The translations under genes were made by a program, and so were the position numbers. Of a stretch of 64,000 nt of DNA, positions 58,523 through 64,000 are shown piece after piece; the stretch's first letter is position 1, and the number at the start of each line of letters is the position of its first letter. This DNA comes from a virus. The notes under the pieces were generated by a model that was given only the letters and a program-made list of their open reading frames with translations, did not search any database and was not told where the DNA came from. The DNA lies in the IMG/VR virus record IMGVR_UViG_3300025530_000002. One strand, 5' to 3'.

Positions 58523-58723
58523 TCACTTCAGCCAATAATTGGGGTCGAGCTTGGCCGCTCGCTGGTCCGCGAGGCGGTTGAGTTTGGCGGCGTGCTGGCG
58601 CGCGTTGTGCGCGTTCTTGTGGCTGCTGATGACTTCTTTCACGTCGTTGGTGTGCCAGCTGCACAAAACGACGTCTGTGTAGCCCGGCCAGCCGCGGCGC
58701 GTGGTGTAGTAATAGTCACGCAT
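58523..58723 (-). CDS. small hypothetical protein
   Basis: Internal ATG 58721-58723 (MRDYYYTTRRGWPGY...) in an ATGCGTGA overlap. 66 aa. Confidence 0.55.
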   Translation of the reverse strand: MRDYYYTTRRGWPGYTDVVLCSWHTNDVKEVISSHKNAHNARQHAAKLNRLADQRAAKLDPNYWLK

Positions 58724-59018
58724 TGGCAACACTCTTGGGTCGGAGGGGAACAACGTCGAGGGCGATGAATGCCACTGGGCCGCCATCACCAATGGGGGTG
58801 ACGTTGAACTGACCCTCGAAGTGGATCACGTCGCCCAGATCGGTGTCGACTTCCTGGTCTACGAACTCCTGACAGTAGCGGTCGAGCGTGCCGCTGTCAG
58901 TCCATGTGATGACGATGATCTCGCCATGTTCCGGGTGGTCCTCCGTCCAGAAGTCGACGAGTTCCGACTGGTTCAAGGGGAGGACGAAATAGCGGTTGAG
59001 AATCTCGGAGAGCTTCAT
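58716..59018 (-). CDS. hypothetical protein
   Basis: Internal ATG 59016-59018 (MKLSEILNRYFVLPLNQ...). ATGA overlap. 100 aa. Confidence 0.7.
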   Translation of the reverse strand: MKLSEILNRYFVLPLNQSELVDFWTEDHPEHGEIIVITWTDSGTLDRYCQEFVDQEVDTDLGDVIHFEGQFNVTPIGDGGPVAFIALDVVPLRPKSVANA

Positions 59019-59332
59019 GGGTTGGTTTCCTCTGGTCTGACTTTCTCCCCGGTCGGCTCGATGGTGAAGTCGTGCCAACAGATGCGACCGGCACGGGTGT
59101 AGATGCGGTCACGCGGCACCGCGTCAGCGGCCTGGACGTACACAACCTCACCGGTCCGGAATCCGTGCGGCCCGATCCGGCCCGCCTTCCAGCCCGGCCC
59201 CCGGCCGGTGATGCGGCAGGCGGCCCAAAGGACGCCGTTGTCGCGGTAGACGACTCGAACAACGGCGGGGGCGTACCCGTGCAGGCGAACAGCGGCTCCC
59301 TTGCGGCAAACGGTATGGCGGGTTTTGGTCAT
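59015..59332 (-). CDS. hypothetical protein
   Basis: Internal ATG 59330-59332 (MTKTRHTVCRKG...) with a GAGGAGA RBS. 105 aa. Confidence 0.7.
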   Translation of the reverse strand: MTKTRHTVCRKGAAVRLHGYAPAVVRVVYRDNGVLWAACRITGRGPGWKAGRIGPHGFRTGEVVYVQAADAVPRDRIYTRAGRICWHDFTIEPTGEKVRPEETNP

Positions 59333-59349
59333 GGTCTCCTCTTGATTGG

Positions 59350-59631
59350 TCAGGCACCATGCGCGATGGCCTTGGCAAGCGAGCGGGCGGTGGCCTCGGT
59401 GTCGCAGTCGGCCCGCCAGTCCCACCAGCCGTCCTCCGGCGCGTACTTCGAGGTCCGCCACTCGTAAACGGACCAGAACTCGGCAGACGCGGCGCTCCAT
59501 GCAGGCTCGACGATGCCGTCGTCGCGCTCCACTCGTGGACCGTAGGAGGCCGCTGCGGCAGGGCCTTGCACGAGCACGTCGGGGGCGGGAGGCTGGCGCG
59601 GTGCTACGGAGGTTGCGGCGTTTTTGGTCAT
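59350..59631 (-). CDS. hypothetical protein (W-rich)
   Basis: 93-aa ORF. Confidence 0.65.
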   Translation of the reverse strand: MTKNAATSVAPRQPPAPDVLVQGPAAAASYGPRVERDDGIVEPAWSAASAEFWSVYEWRTSKYAPEDGWWDWRADCDTEATARSLAKAIAHGA

Positions 59632-59643
59632 GGTCCGGTCTTC

Positions 59644-60237
59644 TCACGCGCTGAAAAAGTGCATCTGGCCGTCGGCGCCGTACTCGGCCCACCAGCCGTC
59701 GGTCTTCAGGTCGCGGGCGTAGGCGGCGTAGTCAAAGTAGTACTGCAGGTGCTCGGGCACCTCGGCCAGCGCGCCGGTTTCCTCCAGCAGCCGCGCGGCG
59801 AAGTCCTCCCAACTCTCGGCGGTTCCGTAGTAGGCGTCCTCAAAACCCTCGACCGAGCCGGTGCTGTCCAGCCAAACGCGCATGGCCTCGCCGTGCTTTG
59901 AGATGGCTTCGGCCACCTCGATCAGCCGCTCGATGCTGGGGTATTCGCCGAGGTTCGGGAAATCATCGTAGTCGTGAACCGCCCACTCCTCGGCGCTCGG
60001 CACCTTGCCGGTGCTCCCGCAACGAAGACAGCCATCGGCCTTGTGGGGATCACGATTCGCGTTGCCGGTGCCGTCGCACTCGGGGCAGTCCACTTCGACG
60101 TTCGGACACGGCGACCGTCGCAGCATGTCCGCGATCTTCTCGCGGAGGTCGTCAGCATCCAGGCCGTCCAGGTCGATCCACTCGCCATGCAGGATGCCGG
60201 CGTTGTATGAAGCAAGACACGCGATGTACACGCGCAT
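59644..60237 (-). CDS. ardA: antirestriction protein ArdA with an inserted CxxCxGxG zinc finger
   Basis: MRVYIACLASYNAGILHGEWIDL, EEWAVHDYDDF and LLEETGALAEVPEHLQYYFDYAAYARDL align by eye with Tn916 ArdA. Insertion CPECDGTGNANRDPHKADGCLRCGSTG at 60007-60087. Confidence 0.9.
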   Translation of the reverse strand: MRVYIACLASYNAGILHGEWIDLDGLDADDLREKIADMLRRSPCPNVEVDCPECDGTGNANRDPHKADGCLRCGSTGKVPSAEEWAVHDYDDFPNLGEYPSIERLIEVAEAISKHGEAMRVWLDSTGSVEGFEDAYYGTAESWEDFAARLLEETGALAEVPEHLQYYFDYAAYARDLKTDGWWAEYGADGQMHFFSA

Positions 60238-60272
60238 GGGATAGTCTCCGTTGGTCTTTCACTTGCGCCGCT

Positions 60273-61643
60273 TCACTTCTTGTACTCCTTGATCAATTCA
60301 AGGAAGTCACCCATCTTCTGGGAGCGGCTGTTGAGCTTGTCGTAGACCGGCTCTTCCACCGTGCCGCGCGCGCACACCAGCAGCAGGTTCGTGGCCTGGG
60401 TCTGACCGCCGCGGTACACCCGGTGCTTGATCTGCTTGAGCACGTCAGCCTCGTAGATCGGTGAACTGACGATCGCTGTCGTGCCGCGGGTCAGGGTCAG
60501 GCCATGGGCGCCCGTACGCGGGTGCATGAGCAGCGTGCGGTACTTGCCGTCCTGGTAGGCCTTGACGATGTCCGCGCGTTCCCGGTCCTTGGTGTCGCCA
60601 TCCAGGACGGCGAAAGAGATCCCTGCGCGGTCGAAGTACTCCGACAACAGGTCGCGCTGGTGCTTCCAGTTGAAGAACGTCAGGCTGTGCTCACGCTCCA
60701 GCACCAGCTCGGTGATCAGCTCGTACCGGAACGGGTCGACCACCTCGTACTCGTTCGGCCCGTAGTACACCGCGCCAGAGCACAGCTGCAGGAGCTTGTT
60801 GCGCACTTGCGCAGCGTGCACGGCGGTGATGTCGTGCTGCTCCAGCTGCAAGATCGACGTGCGCTCCAGCTCGTCGTACATCTTGCGCAGCTTGTTGGAC
60901 AGCGGGAAGTACTTCATGTCGACGTGGTTCTCGGGCACGTCGCGCATCACTTCCTCGAACGTGTGCCGCACCGTGACGTCACGGAGCAGGTGCATGGCCA
61001 CGTCGTGAGCGTCCGGGCGGTCCTCCCAACGCACGTGGTTGGCCATGGGGCCGACCTGGCGAGCGACCTGGACGGCGTTGCGCCACCGCGTCCAGGACCG
61101 CCCCAGCCGCTCGCCCCGGTCGATGATCATCATCGGCGTGTGCAGTTCGGTCACACTGATCGGGCACGGCGTGCCTGACAGCCCGAAACGCCAGTCGAAG
61201 TGCGGCGACAGCTTGACCGCCATCTTCGAGCGCTGGCTGACCGGGTGCTTGTACCCGGTCACCTCGTCGATGATCAGGTGGTCGAACTCCGACAGCAGCT
61301 GGGCCAGCTCGCGGGGCTTGAGCTTGGCCAGATCCCGAACGCCGTCCAGGTTCATGATCACGATGTCGGTATCGACGGCGAAGGCCGCGAGCCGGTTCCG
61401 GGCGTCCGCAATGGAGTAGGTCAGATGCGGGAAGAACCGCTCAATGTCGCTGCCCCAGGCACTTTGCATCAGCGTCTTGGGACACAGCACCAGACAACGA
61501 CCGGCAGAGGGGCGCTGGTTGTAGATGTACAGGTGTGTCAGCGTCTTGCCGGTGCCGGGGTCGGACATGTCGTACCCGATCCGGGTCCGGGAGAACTTCT
61601 CGTACGTGTACTCTTGATGCTTCCAGAGCTTGGGCTGAGACAT
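60273..61643 (-). CDS. SNF2-family (SF2) helicase
   Basis: 456 aa. Motif I DPGTGKT. Motif II LIIDEVTGYKH. C-terminal helicase lobe ...LLMHPRTGAHGLTLTRG. Confidence 0.9.
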   Translation of the reverse strand: MSQPKLWKHQEYTYEKFSRTRIGYDMSDPGTGKTLTHLYIYNQRPSAGRCLVLCPKTLMQSAWGSDIERFFPHLTYSIADARNRLAAFAVDTDIVIMNLDGVRDLAKLKPRELAQLLSEFDHLIIDEVTGYKHPVSQRSKMAVKLSPHFDWRFGLSGTPCPISVTELHTPMMIIDRGERLGRSWTRWRNAVQVARQVGPMANHVRWEDRPDAHDVAMHLLRDVTVRHTFEEVMRDVPENHVDMKYFPLSNKLRKMYDELERTSILQLEQHDITAVHAAQVRNKLLQLCSGAVYYGPNEYEVVDPFRYELITELVLEREHSLTFFNWKHQRDLLSEYFDRAGISFAVLDGDTKDRERADIVKAYQDGKYRTLLMHPRTGAHGLTLTRGTTAIVSSPIYEADVLKQIKHRVYRGGQTQATNLLLVCARGTVEEPVYDKLNSRSQKMGDFLELIKEYKK

Positions 61644-61666
61644 AGGGCGTCCGTACTGCGGTCAAG

Positions 61667-61909
61667 TTACGATGGGCACCGCAACCGCGAAAGGATGAAG
61701 TCTTTGTTGTTGAGGAACAGCAGCAGCGCCTGAGTCAGCGGATCGCCGGACTCGAAGTACATCTCGTACTCTTCGCCTTTGATCACTGCGATCAGCTTGC
61801 CGTCCTTCACGAACCAGCCGGCGTTCGGCACCTTGGACAGGTACTGCTCCATTTGCTTCGCAAGATCGTCGACGATGTTGTTCACGATCGTTTGGTAACG
61901 ATTGGCCAT
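61667..61909 (-). CDS. hypothetical protein
   Basis: Internal ATG 61907-61909 (MANRYQTIVNNIVDDLAKQ...). TGATG overlap. 80 aa. Confidence 0.6.
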   Translation of the reverse strand: MANRYQTIVNNIVDDLAKQMEQYLSKVPNAGWFVKDGKLIAVIKGEEYEMYFESGDPLTQALLLFLNNKDFILSRLRCPS

Positions 61910-62331
61910 CAGAACCTCGGCAACATACCCTCGTAGCTGTGGTCGAACTCCGCCGGCAGATGCAACAGCCGCGCGCGCAGCCGGGCTTTGATCCAGTCCT
62001 CCAGCACCAGCTGCTTGTAGCGCTGGCAGTGGGTAAGGAACTCGGACAGCTCGATCACGGCGTTCTGTAGCGACTGCGCTATGTACATCTCGTACAGCCC
62101 CAGGTTGTCCGCGTCCTTGCCGGTCAGCGTCTCCTGCGCGGCCTGCTCGGCGGCCAGCAGCCGCTCGGTCAGGTACTCGCCCGCCCACTCCATGATGTCC
62201 TTGGGCGGCAGCTGCCCGGCACGCAGGCTGGATGCGCTCATGGCGAGCAGGGCGTCGGCCGCTGCGCGCGTCAGCCGCTGCAGCGTCTGCGCGTTGCGCG
62301 GCTGGAAGTCGTGTACGGAAGATTCGGTCAT
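61909..62331 (-). CDS. hypothetical protein
   Basis: Internal ATG 62329-62331 (MTESSVHDFQPRN...). 140 aa. The longer track start would overlap the nuclease gene. Confidence 0.65.
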   Translation of the reverse strand: MTESSVHDFQPRNAQTLQRLTRAAADALLAMSASSLRAGQLPPKDIMEWAGEYLTERLLAAEQAAQETLTGKDADNLGLYEMYIAQSLQNAVIELSEFLTHCQRYKQLVLEDWIKARLRARLLHLPAEFDHSYEGMLPRF

Positions 62332-62339
62332 GGTGTCTC

Positions 62340-63023
62340 CTAGCAGGCCGCTACAGGGCACGCGCCGCTACCCCTGCTGCTGAAGGGGCAGAAGCGGCAG
62401 TTGTCAACGCTCGGGCGAGGGCGGAAGGTCTTGTCGTTGAACATGACATCGACCTCCGCGTCCCAATTGGCGAGCGCTTTCTCCAACTGGGCCTCGGTGA
62501 ACGTGATGGTCCACACGTCCTTCTTGTCCAGGTAGTACAGCTCGTTGATGTACTCCGGCATGCCGGGATACACCCGCCAGGCCGCCACGCTGTACAGCTC
62601 CATCTGCTTGAAGTGGAAATATTCGTTGCCGTACCGGCGACCGGTCTTCCAGTCACCGGTAAGCACGAATCCGTCCTGCTCGGCCACCACCAGCACGTCC
62701 TGGGTCAGCTGCAGCCAATGGCCCTCGTACGTCGGGTGCTGCAGCCACCGGTTGTTCAGGTACATAGGGACTTCGGCCTGCGCGCCACGTTCGACGAGCG
62801 CCGCGACGATGTCACTGAAGTCCTTGGCGAACGCCGGCACTTCCGTCTCCTGGAGCACTGCCGCGCGCATCTGGTCGTGTACGCGGATGCCGCGCTGTCG
62901 GGCCTCTTCGGACTTCGGGTCCGGCGGCGGCTCGGGACAACGCTCGATGTACTTCAGCTTCACCGCCATCGGGCACTGCTTGTACATCTTCCACTTCTTG
63001 AAGCTCCAATGAGGGGCGAGCAT
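62340..63023 (-). CDS. PD-(D/E)xK nuclease, Cas4/RecB-like with a Cys cluster
   Basis: 227 aa. One N-terminal Cys (YKQCP) plus a C-terminal CRFCPFSSRGSGAC, the arrangement of Cas4-type Fe-S nucleases. DWKTGRRY...FKQMELY core. Confidence 0.8.
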   Translation of the reverse strand: MLAPHWSFKKWKMYKQCPMAVKLKYIERCPEPPPDPKSEEARQRGIRVHDQMRAAVLQETEVPAFAKDFSDIVAALVERGAQAEVPMYLNNRWLQHPTYEGHWLQLTQDVLVVAEQDGFVLTGDWKTGRRYGNEYFHFKQMELYSVAAWRVYPGMPEYINELYYLDKKDVWTITFTEAQLEKALANWDAEVDVMFNDKTFRPRPSVDNCRFCPFSSRGSGACPVAAC

Positions 63024-63092
63024 CAGAACACGGTCTCCATGTAGGTTCTGGTGGAATTGTACCCCAGCAGCGACGGCTGTGTCACTTGTCGT

Positions 63093-63398
63093 TCATGGCT
63101 TGCCCTCCTTCCTTCGCAGTAGGGCGCGGGCACGCTCAAACGCTCGCATCGGTGCTTCAGGACTGAAGCCTAGGTGCCGATACACGTCTGCCGATGGAAT
63201 CCAACTGACCAGTTCTGCCAGCGCTTCCCGCAATGCCTTGACCTCGGCCTGCAGCGGGGCGACAGCGTGGGCGATGTTGGCGCGGGCGTAGTCCTTCATC
63301 TGATCGGGGCTGTAAGGACCATAGCGCTTTTCCCAAAGCCCTTCATCGTCAACGTAGTCCTCCGCGGGAAGCGGCAGCAGCTCAACCTCGGTGGTCAT
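63093..63398 (-). CDS. coiled-coil protein, MTT..LPLP / YARANIAHA paralog family
   Basis: Internal ATG 63396-63398 (MTTEVELLPLPAEDY...MKDYARANIAHAVAPLQAEVKAL). ATGA overlap. AGGAG RBS. Confidence 0.7.
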   Translation of the reverse strand: MTTEVELLPLPAEDYVDDEGLWEKRYGPYSPDQMKDYARANIAHAVAPLQAEVKALREALAELVSWIPSADVYRHLGFSPEAPMRAFERARALLRRKEGKP

Positions 63399-63973
63399 GT
63401 CGTTGGCTCCTGGTGCTGGGTGGCGTGGGCGGCGGCCAGCAGGTCGTACATCATCTCCGCCCACATCATTTTGGTCGCCCGATCCGCTTTGTCCCATTGG
63501 ACGTACCAGTGCCGACAGGCGCGCTCCACCATCGCCTCATCCACGACTGCGGGCCGCTGATTATGCTGTTCCTCGAAGTAGGTGCTCAGTGCGACGTGCA
63601 TGTCCACGTCATCTTCGAGGTATTCGATCACCTGGGCGGGTGTGGCGCGCTTCAGTGCGTAGCCAAGCTCGGTAGCGGTGATGCCGGTGGTCTGTCCTGC
63701 GCTTGGCACTGCGGACTCCTGGTCGCGCAGCAGGTACTCCCTGGCCGCAGCAAACGCATCTGCGCCCGTGCGAATCGTCACGGTCGTGTCACCGTCTCCT
63801 TCAACGATGCGGTCAAGGATTCGGTTCAGCCTCTCGATCTCGGCTTGTAGCGTGGCGGTGGCGTGGGCGATGTTAGCGCGGGCGTAGTCCTCCATCTGAT
63901 CGTAGCTCCACGCTTGATACATCCCAATGGCCTCGGGCTTCGGCATCGGCAGCAACTCAACCTCGGTGGTCAT
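63395..63973 (-). CDS. coiled-coil protein, MTT..LPMP / YARANIAHA paralog family
   Basis: Internal ATG 63971-63973 (MTTEVELLPMPKPEA...MEDYARANIAHATATLQAEIERL) with a GGAGG RBS. The upstream gene's TGA overlaps it (ATGA). Confidence 0.7.
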   Translation of the reverse strand: MTTEVELLPMPKPEAIGMYQAWSYDQMEDYARANIAHATATLQAEIERLNRILDRIVEGDGDTTVTIRTGADAFAAAREYLLRDQESAVPSAGQTTGITATELGYALKRATPAQVIEYLEDDVDMHVALSTYFEEQHNQRPAVVDEAMVERACRHWYVQWDKADRATKMMWAEMMYDLLAAAHATQHQEPTT

Positions 63974-64000
63974 TTCCCGTCCCTCCACGCGATCAGCGCC

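Noticed and set aside
1-64000. Integrated prophage with att sites, integrase and CI repressor
   Set aside because: I recognised no tyrosine or serine recombinase, CI-type repressor, host flanking gene or direct att repeat. Only a Cro-like HTH protein is present, so lifestyle cannot be decided from this window.

Overview
The whole 64-kb window is high-GC tailed-phage DNA. I saw no host genes, rRNA, tRNA, CRISPR array, integrase or transposase. There are three transcription blocks. (1) The minus strand from 17.1 kb down to 1 carries small early and accessory genes: paralogous coiled-coil (Ea22-like), DUF551-like, Cys-rich and small membrane proteins, a pentapeptide-repeat protein, a secreted-protein pair, a PrimPol/SF3 primase-helicase and HTH proteins. 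(2) The plus strand from 17.1 to 49.5 kb carries a Cro-like regulator, a lysis cassette (holin, muramidase, overlapping spanins), collagen-like fibre genes, TerS and TerL, portal, an acidic scaffold, an N4-type (DUF4043-like) major capsid, about 12 virion proteins, internal/ejection proteins including a 2186-aa giant, and a strong terminator. (3) The minus strand from 64 kb down to 49.5 kb carries a Cas4-like nuclease, an SNF2 helicase, ArdA, family-A DNA polymerase, a VRR-NUC-like nuclease, a J-domain protein and tail fibres. No tape-measure, tube or sheath gene is recognisable, so the virion is probably podovirus-like. Many ORF-track entries are antisense or out-of-frame shadow ORFs typical of GC-rich DNA. 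Many true starts are internal to the longest ORF and overlap the upstream stop codon. The most unusual locus is a 790-bp non-coding hub at 13136-13927. It holds a strictly phased array of 24 heptamers, a ~39% GC island and a second short heptamer array, and is bounded by a terminator and a TTGACA promoter. Other notable items are the giant HExxH-bearing virion protein, an ArdA with a DnaJ-type zinc-finger insertion alongside a separate J-domain-only gene, a fused paralog pair, and recurrent 8-nt start/stop overlap junctions.
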